A stretch of DNA of 64,000 bases, taken from the NCBI GenBank assembly GCA_964019425.1, contig OZ025792.1:1240001-1304000 (forward strand). The letters are read 5' to 3'. The notes below the pieces were generated by a model. It had not been told where the DNA came from and did no database searches. It was given only the letters and a program-made list of their open reading frames with translations. The translations under genes and the position numbers were made by a program. The stretch comes from Flectonema sp. DT1601. Taxonomy: Eukaryota. Shown piece by piece: positions 1 to 13,113 of this stretch (position 1 is its first letter; each line of letters begins with the position of its first letter).

Positions 1-589
1 AAATCACATGATTGCAGCTCCCACAACTGCTCCTTTTTTTTCTTTTTACATCAAACGTTAACCAAACCTGTTCTAAGAAAGCATAATATCCATAGCGACA
101 GGATGGAAAAGTAGAGCGCCTACCAAAGTGATACTTTGATATGAGCCAAACAGTTTTTTTCAATCTCAGCTGATTATTAAAGGAGGATGATTCGTAGGGG
201 GGCGCTGCAACCTGAAACCAAAATAATTAAAAAGAAATAATCACAAGACTCCGACATAGCTACTGAACAACATTTGGTTGAAAAGTTTCGATGGAGCTCA
301 TCCAATCCTCTAGAGCAGTCGCTAACAGTTAGGCTGATTAAGTTTCTTACAGCTGCGGATACTCACAGCTAAAGTAGAACTTGATCAAGCAACAGAAAGA
401 AAATTAACATTATAAAATAACTATCAAGATATACAGACAGAACTGGGGGCTAGGGAGTTAGAAAAGATTTACTGAAAAGAGTTAACCGCTTTCTAGTTAA
501 CACAAATAAATCAATTAAGGGCGGGACAGGTGTGTTGCAATGCACACAACACAATTAAATTGTGTTATTATTATTTTCTTAAAGCTTAT

Positions 590-1741
590 TTATATCATTT
601 TATCTTCTGTTGGGCTCATAGAAAGTTGATCCATATCACGGAGAAGCTGTCGGCATAGTGCGCCTGTTCGAGTAAACTTAGGAGGTTTTGGCGGAGGAAG
701 TGCCTTTCGAAGAGCATGCACTTTATTATGACGTGCCTTCTTCAAACGAGCAGCAGCCTCCGACGGTGACATCACCGCACGCGGTTTGGGCGCCGCAGCA
801 CACGATGACGTTGCTGCCTGACTTTCGGTAAAATGTTTTTTAAACGTTGCTGGATAATGAAGTGGTATGTTGCTCATTGTTAAAGGTTTCTTACCGTAGA
901 CCGTTCGGTAGGTATTTGCGATCGCTTTTGCAAATTTATCAAAGAAAACCTGTTCAACTAACAACGCTCTCCTCACTGTCTTTGGTAATTCCAGTTGTAT
1001 GGCAGGTACTCCCAATAAAACTGATTGGTGTGCCATGGTGTGAAATCCTCTATTATTCCAACCTCGTAATTCAGGATCTCGTTCGACTACCATTTTTAAT
1101 TGTTTATAGCCGTACGTTCGTCTACCTTCAAGTGATTTTTGAATCTCATCACATATTGTCTTTTTAAGAAGTGTGACTTCTTTTTTTCTATCCTTCCAAA
1201 GTTCTTCCATTGCACCACAACCAACGTCAATTGCCAGATTGTCCTTTCGATCTACCTTACCGTGAATATCGATGTGTAGAAGGGGGATGCCGGTGCCTGC
1301 AAAAGTATCTTTCCATTTAATGAGTGTTTGGTGCCAATCACTTTTTTCAAGATCAGATGCTGTGAGGTAGTTAGGATCAAGATTATTCTGATCTTGTCGC
1401 TGAGCCGTGATGGAGTTCCATACCATGAAACTGCAGCTTCCCATTAACCATTCCATGTGAGATGCGAGGATTTGAGAAAGTCGAAGTGCTATTTCAGTTA
1501 CCCAGCGTTCTTTCCAATGGACGCGTTTTCGTTCTCCGAGATCGCCTCCTCGAAATAATTCCAATCCATGTGGAGCCGTTAACATTATTGGACCCTCAAT
1601 AACATGGACATACTGAGAATCTTTGTCGTAAAGCAGTGGGCGTTCATCTGCTGCAATTTGAGGCAGTGCGCAATTTTCAGACACTTTCTTCTCAGGCACC
1701 GCTCCAAATGACATCGCGGGAAGAGGAGGCGGGGGAGGCAT
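590..1741 (-). CDS. Uncharacterised hydrolase, probably N-formylglutamate amidohydrolase-like (Zn-exopeptidase fold)
   Basis: Long intronless ORF; first ATG at 1741 (the ORF track starts on GTG at 1747). Motifs TAPHG, DPN, LHIDIHG, IDVG and IQLEL fall in the order seen in FGase-like proteins. Confidence 0.55.
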   Translation of the reverse strand: MPPPPPLPAMSFGAVPEKKVSENCALPQIAADERPLLYDKDSQYVHVIEGPIMLTAPHGLELFRGGDLGERKRVHWKERWVTEIALRLSQILASHMEWLMGSCSFMVWNSITAQRQDQNNLDPNYLTASDLEKSDWHQTLIKWKDTFAGTGIPLLHIDIHGKVDRKDNLAIDVGCGAMEELWKDRKKEVTLLKKTICDEIQKSLEGRRTYGYKQLKMVVERDPELRGWNNRGFHTMAHQSVLLGVPAIQLELPKTVRRALLVEQVFFDKFAKAIANTYRTVYGKKPLTMSNIPLHYPATFKKHFTESQAATSSCAAAPKPRAVMSPSEAAARLKKARHNKVHALRKALPPPKPPKFTRTGALCRQLLRDMDQLSMSPTEDKMI

Positions 1742-1962
1742 ATTCACAGTGATCCTAACTAAATAAAATAACTATTTTTTAATTAAAAGAATAAAATAAA
1801 ATAACAAACAACAACAACACTCCCTCAAGACTATTCTGCCTATCACCTGCTGAGATAAATAATGTTAATAATTGCGATGAAAAAAAAATAATCAAAACGA
1901 ACAAAGAGAAGGTGAATAAAATGAGAGATTGGTGATGCTAACCAGAAGAGGAAACAAACACA

Positions 1963-2558
1963 TCATAAATTATCGATGAGCAACCCAAACAATGATAGTG
2001 ATCCACCGCAACCAAGTCGAGTGATATCAGGTGAAGTTAATTGAAAACCTTTTTGGAGAACATGAAAATAATTACCGTCGGTTGGTTCCATCGCTTCATC
2101 ATCGATGTCTAGTTTTATTAAGAAGGATTTCACAACCTTCTTCGTACGACTCCTTATTCTGTTTTTATTACTTTTTTTTTTCCAATTATTATAATAACCG
2201 TAGTTAGATGTAAGAAGACTACCCAATACCTATTTAAATGAACTCTTAACGATTCAAAGAACGCAGATGCCTCTTCTTCGGTTGGAACATCTGCATCAGT
2301 GTATCGCAACATCCAATACTCCGATGGGATGATGACTGACGCATTCTGCAACTCTTCATGTGGTAAGTCAGTACAGACGATGCTTATTGCTCTAAGTCCT
2401 TCTCCGAGTAAAACTAAGCTACTGTCAATAATACTTTTTAGCTTTGGTGTGTTTTCGTTGTCTATTAACTTTCGTTCTGTTGCAATCAATTTGATGACTG
2501 CTCTAGACAAGTTTGACATCATTACTTTATTATCGGAAGCTTTATGGTTTAGGGACAT
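1963..2558 (-). CDS. Hypothetical protein, 174 aa, 2 exons (2230-2558, 1963-2158)
   Basis: A 71-nt GT..AG intron (2159-2229; GTATTG...AAACAG) joins ORFs 2154..2558 and 1963..2226 in frame (...VHLNR|IRSRTKKV...). Confidence 0.6.
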
Positions 2559-2734
2559 TGTTGCAAGAGTCTACTTGAGGGGAAAAAAAAAAGGAGTTTG
2601 AGGAACTACGTCTAGTGGTTTCCGGTTTGCCACTAAATCCTTCTCCGATCATATGCAGGCTGTCATTCTCATGGTTTACTGTTTCGATAAAAAGAGAAAC
2701 ATGGTTAAGAAAAAAAAGTCCGTGAATAATAAAA

Positions 2735-2765
<31 letters not shown>

Positions 2766-2859
2766 CACGACAAAAAAAGAGTCGAAAACGTTGTCAAAGA
2801 TAAATAAGCAGGTAGTATGTATAACACAGGTAGGTATACCCCCCGGATGGGTCTCCTGA

Positions 2860-5800
2860 TTACGTAGCCACCCTCGCTTGCCTTACGAACAGAGATAAGG
2901 CAGCTTGAGATAGGTTCTGATTATCAACGTCTCGTTTGAACATCGGAGTGATGTCAGAGATTTTTTCTTTTCGAGAAAGAGCAGATTGAAGTCGATGAGG
3001 GACAAGAACACATCTGCAAAAGCAACGAACCAAATGAGCTGCTTGAGCAGTAGGCAGACACATCCCATCAATGAGAGGTGCAGATGGAGGTAGCGGAACT
3101 CTTTGTGAAAGAGATATCCTCACTAAGTCACCACACGATCGAACTCGATTTACAATAATCCAAAACTGAACGTGTGGAGCAGAAATAATTGAAGGGTTGT
3201 AATTTTCTTCACCTTCACACCAAATAATTTGCAACGGATCAGCTGCTATCAATCGCCTTCGCTGTTCAATAGCAACCTCTTCTTCAGTCAGTCCAACGAG
3301 AGTAGTAACATGGTAAGCAATTTCTATAGTAGGCGATGCAAAGTAAAGCATTGTAGGATGAGCTTCTGGATCATACTCAAGACCTCCTGTGAATCCAACA
3401 TGAGAACTCAAATTAACATTCCATCCTAACGACTGTAAGAACTGATCGTATTGATTTGATGTACTACTTTCACCATTGCCAAGAATAGCTGATGCTGATG
3501 TCTGTCCAGGAAGTACGAAAACGATTGATATGGAGAGCAGGTCTCTGCTATTTAATTGATCGACGTCATACAGTTGTTGATGTAAAGACATTCTGTCTGT
3601 TTCTAAAGTATTTAAGATTCGTAATTCTTCTGGAAAAACAGCTGACTCGTTACTCAACACCATCCCAGTTGTTCTATAAGAAAGAAGTGGTCCGGTTGCT
3701 AAGAAATCTTTGCACTGAGAATGTGGCATTGGTGGTAGTTGCTGTTGTGTACGATCACCATCAACAATTGTTAAAGTATTATCTAACATATTTAATTGAA
3801 TATCAGTCATGGCATCTGGTTGGTCGTCAGCTGCTGTTTTTATTTTATTTTAAAACAAAAGAAGTACGAGGAGAACTAAATATTAAAAAGATGGGAAACA
3901 TACCAACACAATCCTTAAACTGTTCAGTCCAGTGAACTGGTGGTCCTGTTGAAGGCTCTGAGAGATAGCTGGGCATTAAGTCAGTCATTGCTTGTGAAAG
4001 TTTATTATTTAAATCACAACCAGAATTCAGACAACTTGACTCATGAAGAGCTTTAGTGCGACTTCGACCGATGAGAGCACCAGATTGGGAACGAGCTTGA
4101 CCATGACCAACACCAGCAGTGCTGTCAGGGACCATTGGAAATGATGATTTAACTCCGTTAATCCCAACACGTCTAAGTTCCCAACAATACCTTCCTGTCG
4201 TTGTTCTGCTTGTTAGGTAAACTGTTTTCGGATCATTTGGTAGTTCTGATAAAGTTATCAAAGCCTTACTATTCTGATTTAGATAAACATTCTCTCCACC
4301 AACTGCTTTGATATCTGGAGCTGCTTGAGATGATGTCGATGAATCTGTTGCTGCACAAACTGGGAAATTACGAAACAATCCAGTCAGGTGATCCATTGCT
4401 ACCTCAGCAGTACATCGAATACCTTCTATTGTCGCTAAGACTGTTTCATCAGTCAAATCGAGATTATACCACCACAAGTGTTCTTCAGATGATGACATAT
4501 ACTCATATGATCCATTGTGTAGTTGAACACTTGAAGCTATGCAAGGAATATCACAGTAACTCTTTGGAGTATCAGGAACCCAATAACTACGTCTCACTTT
4601 ACTCTGACAAGCATAACTCATACTGTCTGTTACCAAAAGTATTGTCGGGTTGTCAATGATGTCAGGTTTTGATAAAATAACTTCAGTCAAAGAATACAAA
4701 AGAGACTCAGTCACAGTGACGCTATGTCTAGTTGGAATGAAATGTCTCAAAGACACAATTAACGCGGTTGCTAGAAAAGAGCAAGCTTCACTTAAAACTG
4801 ACTCATGACTTATTTTCGTAGCATCAATAGAAAGTAAAACAGATTCAATTGCTGTCTGGGCGGACAATGCAATGTCTGTTGAGATATCCAAAATACATTG
4901 ACATAAAACTTGTAATATTTTACAACTGTCTAACGTAACAAGCGCAGCTACAGCAAGACCCTTAATTGCAGTTATTCGAGTCGCAACTGGTTGATTTTCA
5001 TAAGTTAAATCGATGAGAGTTTTCTTTATAATTTCCAGGATTTCTTCGTAAGTTTCTACTGTTGCATTGTGAGACTCATATTCATCTGGCCAAGTTATAG
5101 TATTCTTTCCCTGAGCTATAAGACCTGAGGCATAGGCTGCACACCATGTTAGGGTTGAGGCAGCAGCTGTTTTCACAGGGGTTTCTGAATCGATTTTTGA
5201 TCTTTTTGTGTTGCTCTGCGTCGGTGATTTTCCACGAAATTGCACATAATCTTTTATAGAAATAACCAATGGAGCTAAAAGTGAAATTGAATCCTCATGA
5301 TGATGTTCTAAGAAGTGTTGAGTATGACCGTAGTGAGTGACGTCGGAAACGCTAACAGGGTACAGTCGGTATAATATTACTCTGGTTACAGATTCTTCTC
5401 CTGGTGATAAGGCTCGTAGTATAAGAGTTTTTATTTTCGATAGTTGCTCTGAAGGAAGTTTTCCTCCATGTCGTAGAAGATCACACAGACTTCCCATCGC
5501 AATGGCTTTTGCGCTTATATTATAATCACACGTTGATCCAAGTTGATACTCTAGGTATCGAATCTGTACCTCCACCGCAAGGTGAGCCACAAGTGATGCA
5601 GAAACTGATGAGTTTTGTAATGAAATGGGTCTTTGAGTACTTGCAAGTAAATGACTCGGGGGATCCATTTGTGTTGGAGCTCCTCGTTTCCAAGGTTCTA
5701 TAACTCTGTGACTAGATGAACAAAACAATAAATCATTAATAACATCACTAACAGTGTGAGATATTGATATAAAATGAAGAGGATGAATTGCTCTTTCCAT

Positions 5801-7765
5801 TCCTGGAAATGTTAAACACTTAAGCAGTTTAATCCACAGAGAGATTATTTGTTCAACGGGAAGCTTTTCAATCCAAGTTTCTGGTGGAGCTGATATGTTT
5901 TTACGTTCTGATTCTGACTGTCTGTGTAACGACATAACAGTTTTATTATTTGAAGAGCTTAGATTAAAAGGAGTACTTATATCTAAAGGTACGTCACCAT
6001 CATCATGTGAATTCATACTCATATTCGCTGATCTTGATGATGACGGAAGCATCACTTGAAATACTTGATTACTTTGGATATAATCTTCAACAGGACTGTC
6101 ACTACTACTCATTGAGATGCTATTACCAAGTTGAGTAGCTGATAGTTTATTATTAAGGCTTACAACATCTCCAACAGGTGAATCAGATCTACGTCCTGGA
6201 GTCTGATCCACAACACTAGACCAGTCAAGAGCAGAGAGAGCTAAACAATTATAAGGTCTTGTCACAGCTGTTTCACTACAATGTCCGATTATCTGTCGGA
6301 GTATATTTCCAATTATAATCCTCCAGTGAAGTACCAAAGGACTCACTGCTTGAGCGACAACATCAGTGTGAGGAACAGTTTGAATCGATATTCTTTGAAA
6401 TGCCTGTGATGATGAAGTCCCTTTTCCTCTACTCATTCCTTGACCACATGTGTTTAAAACAGATGATAAGAATGTAGATAACGAATCCCATAAATCATTA
6501 CTTTGAACATTCGCTATTAATATTTGTGACCATAATGATCGTGAGACCATTTCAGCAGCTTGCTCGCATATTTGAATCCCTAAATCAGCTCCTTTATAAA
6601 CTGGAACCACAGCCTTGTCAATCCATAATCTGATTGACCGTTCGTCTTCTCCTTTATCTTGAAGACGAACAAATATATCACAAGCAACTTCAAACATTGC
6701 AAGTCTTGCTTGTACTGCTGACTGTTCCGGGATGGGTGTTTGTAAGTTTAAAAACACAGCTAATATTGATTCTAGAATACAATATTTTTGAGTAATACAC
6801 GTTTGATGTTTAGGAGCATGCACCCAAGATTGATAAATCTGAAGAGCTCTGTAACAAGGTAGCAAGTCATCAAAAGGAGAAGCCCTAAGAGCATGTCTAA
6901 ATATGTAATTTACTAAAAGGAAATCTTCTACGTCATCGAGAATGACTCCGCAACTAGTCTCGAGAGATAGAATAGGAAATAATAAACTATTCAAAACAAT
7001 ACTTGTCAGACCGGGAAAGATACCTTGAAATCCAATATTAGAAGTAGCGAATGATATTCCCCTGTGAACACAATGAGGAAATAGTATAGGAGCAAGGGTT
7101 GACTTGAATAACGACCATCTAAACTGAATTCTTTCATAGGAAGGGTTCCGTTCACGTGTACAACTCAGGAAATCAAAAACCTCAGTAAACGTTATCATTG
7201 TATCACGTTGAGCATTATCATCTTCTTTATAACCAACTTTTTTCGGAATGAATGAATGTCGTTTTTCTGTTAAAACTCTGACAGATGGAGGTAAGAATAA
7301 TCCTGGTTGTGGATCAGACATAAGCCTTAATGTATTCCAATCGAATACTGATAAAAGAAGACCCAAGCAATCACTACCAACAGCATCAATGTAAAGAAGT
7401 AGTAGTTTTAATCCTATCTTTCTAATTGAAAGATGATTCTCAATATGGAGGTAGCGCTCTACTTCATCTCCCAGATATTCTTGACACCAACCATCACGTA
7501 CCGAATCATGCATTACAACTAAGACTCGTCGTAACACTTCTATAACTGGAAGAGCCTGTTCTAAAGTCAAAACCTTTCCTAATTGCCCGACGTAACCTTG
7601 ATACAAATCAACTACGTTTTGAGCTCTTCTTCTATACATACTCGTTATGTCTTGTGAAGTGAATTCCTCTTCTACAACTCCAACTAGGAGTTTGAATCTG
7701 TCTTTTATTTTTCCAGATGCATCAAATATTTTTTTTTCACGAGATACCAATTTAGGATCCGACAT
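2860..7765 (-). CDS. Ral GTPase-activating protein alpha-like (C-terminal Rap-GAP-family domain), 2 exons (3904-7765, 2860-3833)
   Basis: A 70-nt intron (3834-3903; GTATGT...AAACAG) joins the 1326-aa and 316-aa ORFs in frame. The C-terminus reads GQ...YDQFLQSLGWNVNL..HVGFTGGL...YFASPTIEIAYHVTT, typical of RalGAP/TSC2 domains. N-terminal LHIENHLSIRKIGLKLLLLY resembles RalGAP-alpha. Confidence 0.8.
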
Positions 7766-8019
7766 GTTTAATGAAAGGCCACCACTCCTCCCCCCCCCCG
7801 CCGACCTGACTAAGGTGAAATACAATATAAACTTTAAGAGGTGATATACTGTGATAGTAGTTTTTGCTCCGGACCAGAAGATCTTTTTAAAACTGTTAGC
7901 CCTTACTAGTAACTAGCAAGCTAGTTGGCCTATAAAAAAAATAAAGGACGTTTTGGAAAAAAGACTCTTTTTTTAAGATAAGCAAGAACCTCTCCCTGCG
8001 AAGGCTGTTAAGTAAGTGA

Positions 8020-8812
8020 TTACAATAAAATTACCACTAAAGTTAAAATAACTGCAGAAATGTAGGAGATGACTCTGCTAGTAGCTGCATCGATATTTAA
8101 TTCCATCGGGTTGCAACGTCCTCGGAATGGACCAGCTGTTGCTTCAGACCAGTCTCCGACAACACCCCAATCACCGTAGGTGTTATCCGTTGGACAATGA
8201 AACTGTTTTACGATTAAATTTCAATTGTTGCTACATCAAAAGTAAATAATATTAAACACACACACACACCTCTAATTCCACTGGACATTTCCGTACTACT
8301 TCATAGCAAACGTCTTTGCAGACCTTTTGAGTGTGACCATGTACATTTATCGCTGGTATGTCAGCACATTTTCGAGGAAACATTATGCTGCATACCCAAC
8401 TGCGGTAGGCGTACTGGCAAGGAGTACAACTGAAATAGGGGTAGAAATCCCTGCAATTGAATCTCGATAACACTCGTTCAGCTGCTTCATAGTATTGTCG
8501 AGCCTTGGCGTCAAGTTCTTCAACAGAAGTATTTCTGGGTATTTGTGTCGTGTAATTCGCATTGCAACAGAACTTCGTATGATATTCATCAGATGATAAA
8601 TTAACAGTTTGATATTCTGTACCAAAATTAACATCTTGTGTTTGGTATGAAGCAGTGTCTTGAACACTATCCTGTTCACAATATGGTTCTACAGACCATT
8701 CTACAGAATCATTTCTCTTTATTACGGCATCTCCACTATGACAATAAGTTCCGTAATCTCCAACAGCTATATCACTAGTTGCCAGTAACAACAAACCGAT
8801 CCACCATTTCAT
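8020..8812 (-). CDS. Mid1/NALF(FAM155)-like secreted cysteine-rich protein with a probable GPI signal, 2 exons (8270-8812, 8020-8202)
   Basis: Signal peptide MKWWIGLLLLA. Cys pattern C..CQYAYRSWVCSIMFPRKC...VCKDVCYEVVRKCPVELE|FHCP crosses a 67-nt intron (8203-8269). The protein ends in a hydrophobic tail, VISYISAVILTLVVILL*. Confidence 0.7.
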
Positions 8813-10598
8813 GATGAATGGCTGGGAATGAATATAAGTTGATAAGACAGTCAGGGAAACCAATATAATCTCATATTAATGAACCTGAAAAGAATGGAAT
8901 GGAAAACATGTTACCAACTCAAGCACTATAACAACAATTGTAACACACTCAGAACGTACCTTTCGGTGAGAGAAACAGAAGGGCAGGGGTCTCGAGGAGA
9001 TGGGGGAGGCAATTCAAGACTTCCAATTTAAAAAAAAAGGATCTCAACAACAGAAAGAAGCAAACAAACTAGCTAGGCGTGTTGCATTGCCACCTTAAGG
9101 AATCCTTTTTTTATTTATTATTCTTATTTTTTTTTTTTTTTTGTTATTTCTATTTTCATGTAGAACTTCTCAGCGCCACACGCGCATCAGTAATCTCATA
9201 TGGCTCACTTCCTCAGTCTGTAGCTTAACATTTATAAAAAATGTTGTTGCCAACCAGAACTAAAAAGGTCTGACCAGCCTGACAAAAACTAAAACCCCAC
9301 ACACAGTTGATATCACTATTCTGACTGAACGCGTCACCGAGTGCTTGCAAAAAAAAAAAAAAAAAGAAAAAAGAAAAAGAAAAAAAATTGAATAGGGCAA
9401 TGGTTTAAAAAGATGGGAAGGGTAAAAAGAAAAAGAAAAACATAACCTTTTATAACCAAGTTCTTGCAGATGTATTTTTTTTTAAATTTTTTTTTTATTG
9501 TGCTCAAAATGAAAAGAAGGATCGGGGGCAAACTTTCTTCCCTTGGTACGTGTTTCTCAGCCAGCGATTACATTCACGGGAGTGAGAAAGTAGCCGATTT
9601 AGAAGCTAAAAAAGTGCTTTAAATGAATAATTGTGAATGCCCCTAAAAAGTGACCCCTTCCTTTTTTTTCTCAGAAAAAACAAAAGTAGTGGAAAATTAC
9701 CACAGTGTGTGTGTTTGACCACACAGGACTCACAAATTAGAATAAAAAAATACGGGGAGGGGGAAAAAGAGCAGCCCATATGCAACTGACAGAAGAACTC
9801 GATACTAATATTTACCAAACACACAGCAGGGGTGCCCGACACCGTGCCAACAGTGCGGGGAAGTTAAGCGAGTTGTTGGGAAGTAGATAATTTCGTATGA
9901 TATCTTTCCAACTTAATCTGATTTCATCTGGAAGTCTTACTTCAACAAGCAGTCGTTTGCCGTTCCAGTAATACAAGCACTCCATTAAAAAAAAAATAAA
10001 AAAAAATATTTAAAAAGGAAAAAACAGGAAAGAAAGGGAGGAAAGTAGACAGGGCATATGCCGTACTTCAGTCAAGTCTGGAAGAACGTACTGAATCTCA
10101 TCTCAGAAAAACTACCAGTGATACAATAAATTATAAACCCGCACAACTTTCTCCTGCTAAAGACAACAAATACGACGTGTTGGTCTATTTCCCTCCTCCT
10201 CCTTATTTTCTTTTGAAAAACAAAATCAGATGATTTCCAAACGTCTTTACCATCCTTTGGCTGGAGGCTGGAACTTCTCGCGCGTTTTTTTCATAATAAT
10301 TTTTTTTAATTATAAATTTATTGTTGTTTTTTTTTTTTTTTTTTGCCAGCATAAAAACATAACAAAAAAAAAAAAAAAAAAATTTAAAAAAAAGCTAAAG
10401 CTAAATAAAAAGAGATCCACAACTTGCCGATCCTTGATACCCCCGTTTGTTTGCAAGATTGCGGATTCTTTCCGAAGACAAAATTCTTACACCGCTAAAA
10501 ACTTGCGATTCGCCGTACAAGCAGTAGAGTTCTTCGTCAACTTATTCCCTTTCTGCTGACTTTTTGCAACTAATATTCAAAATCTACACCAAGATAGA

Positions 10599-12021
10599 TT
10601 AAAGCTCATCAAGAAAGTTCTGTTTTGTTATATTTAGAGGCTGATTTATACTTATATCTGTAGTCATAAAGAAAGTATTATATTGTCATACCTTAATCTT
10701 GCTTCCAAAGGTTTCGGATTTACCTCCAAGCCAGTCGCGGGCCTTGCTCATCTGTTTTGAGTTGTTTTTTTTTTTGATTATTATTTTGTAATATTAGTTT
10801 TTATGTTTTGTCAGAAAACTATTTTTTAAAAACAAACCTTCTCACCAGCAGTGTACAGGGCATCAGATACGTCGATTCCACCAGCATCTGGTTGAGGTGG
10901 GGCAGATCCAAATCCAGTGTAGTCAGGTCCCGCACTGCTCTTTACTGGAACCTGTGTGTGTGCGAAGTGTTATATTGATTGTGCTACTTCTTGTTTAGGT
11001 TTTAGAACAAATAAAGTTACAGAATACATACATGGCTGTAGCTTCTCACTTCTTCTTCTTCCTTTGCTTGACCAGCACCAGATCCAATACCGTAGAATCT
11101 TCCCTTGTTTGATGGTGCTTCGTAGGACTTCGCCAAGTTAGTTTCTTTGTTTTCGTAAGACTTCTTGTCCTCGTATGGTGATGACGGCTGTTGGGGTTTT
11201 ATTATAATATTTAATTTGGTTGAATTGTTGCAGTTTATCGTAGAACCTCGTAGATGAAAGATATAAAACAACAGAATAATACATACATCACATGAAGTCA
11301 AGTCAGTCTTGTTGATACTTGAGAGATCAACGGCTTCATCGAACTCCTCCTTCTTCTCAGGTAAGAAGTCTTTTGGGATGTCTGTTGACGCGCTGGCAAC
11401 CTTAACTGCTGAAGAGTCAATTTTCTTAGCTCCTCCAAGACCACCAGTCTTCTTCTTCTTTGACATCATCGGACGCTTTGGGGCACCAGCAGCACCGGAA
11501 GTTGGAGAAGACGAGTCGTTAGTCAGCATAACTGGAGAAGCATACGCACTTGGACTATCAGACTGTACTTGAGGTGATGAGGTACCAGTCTCACTGCAAC
11601 TTGGTGACTCCGCTTTTACAGTCTCCCATCCACTTCCCTTTCCCTTAACAAGCTTATCAAGTTGTTGCTTGTACTGCTTAGAAGCGGTTGTTGTGTATTT
11701 ATTCTTTACGTCATTGATACCGTGAGTCTTGAAAAACTTCCTCGCTTTTCCATTTCCGCCAAGTTGCATTCTGTAAGATTCTTCTATTTTCCAGGAGTCA
11801 AGAATAGCACTTCTTACAAAGGAAATGTGGACACCCATGTTTCTGTGAGTACCACTGCAGTCTTGGCAGATGAAGACTCCGAATGTTAGCGATACCCACG
11901 AAGGGTTCTTAGCTGGGCAATCAAAGCAAACCTTGTTCTCAGATAAGAGACGGAGGGATGCAACTTTCTCCTTCGCTTCTTCAGGAGTGGTTGCCTTTAC
12001 AATTTCATTCATGTCAGTCAT
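10599..12021 (-). CDS. ADP-ribosylation factor GAP, ArfGAP2/3 (Glo3)-like, 5 exons
   Basis: Zinc finger CFDC-x16-CQDC followed by [13 protein letters not shown], and a basic [12 protein letters not shown] motif. Introns at 11188-11286, 10952-11031, 10752-10837 and 10620-10691 restore a continuous frame ending NFLDEL*. Confidence 0.9.
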
Positions 12022-12459
12022 TTTTTTTTTTGGATGCTACCTTTAACATAATATGATTGATATTTAAGAAAGTGATTTATAAAAGATTTCAAGAATCAAC
12101 TCATCGAGTTCCGTATATCTACTTCACATGAAATCTGTGTAATTAGTTTTGATAAAACTGTCACTAAGGTTCCAAAGCCACTCCAAAAAAAAGAAAAACA
12201 GAAAAGAAATGCTAGCGTTAAGTGTGTCAGGGAGAGGGAGAAAAAAAAGAAAAAAGAAGAAAAAAAACACAATAAAACTACGACAGGAGTATACCGTTTG
12301 AAAAGAGCATCATTTTGACATGTATTGAATCATGATGACTGTATGTGTAGATCATTTATTCGAATATAAGAGGAGGTCTCATTTAAGAGATGTTTAAAAG
12401 TGTAGTAGAGAGGGATTTAAACTGTTTTCCTTTGTTTGTTGTTTTGTTTTTTTTTGTTT

Positions 12460-12495
<36 letters not shown>

Positions 12496-13113
12496 TTAAA
12501 CTCGTACATTAATCGTTTTATGAAACAAGGGAAGGGGAGGGGTTAAGAGATTAACGACTCGTTCTACCACCCAAAAAAAAAAAAGAAACTGTCGTTGCCA
12601 AGCTTGAGAAAGCGTTACCGCTCTCACGATAAAAAACGTTTTTTTTTTTAAATTGTTGTTTTTTTTTTTTCTTACTCTTATCAAAATGCAGGAATAGCAA
12701 TAAGTAGAAGGTTAACAAGTGTATTATTGAATAGAAAAATATGGCTGTCATTTTTTTGCTATTCAAGGAGGTCTCATTTTAAAAATAAAATAAAAAACAA
12801 ACAAGAAATTTGCAAGGCAAGGTTTAGACTGCTTTGTATCTTGCGTATTTACGATTACGAGTAAAGCTGTAGGGGCAAACATTTATTACTCAGGAAAATT
12901 GAAGCGGATTTAGTTGGCCAGCCTTGGCAGGTTGGTTAAGAGGAAGGGAAATTATGCGTGCGATGAAAGTAAAGTCAAAAAATAATGGGGAGATGGAGGG
13001 GGAAAGTAGGAAGTTTTTTTTTTTTTTTTCGATAAATAAATTGTGGGAGGTTCTTGTTCTTTAAGTAAAGTGAAAATAAAGAAAGTAATAAAACCATTCT
13101 CTTCACTTATCTT

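Noticed and set aside
67..212. Open frame on the minus strand between a TTTCAG and a CAG|GTTTGG (possible exon)
   Set aside because: No recognisable protein and no start or partner exon within the window.
9334..10559. Intergenic ORFs rich in poly-Phe/poly-Lys (also 12496-12766, 23499-23940, 47282-47926)
   Set aside because: Translations of poly-T and poly-A tracts.
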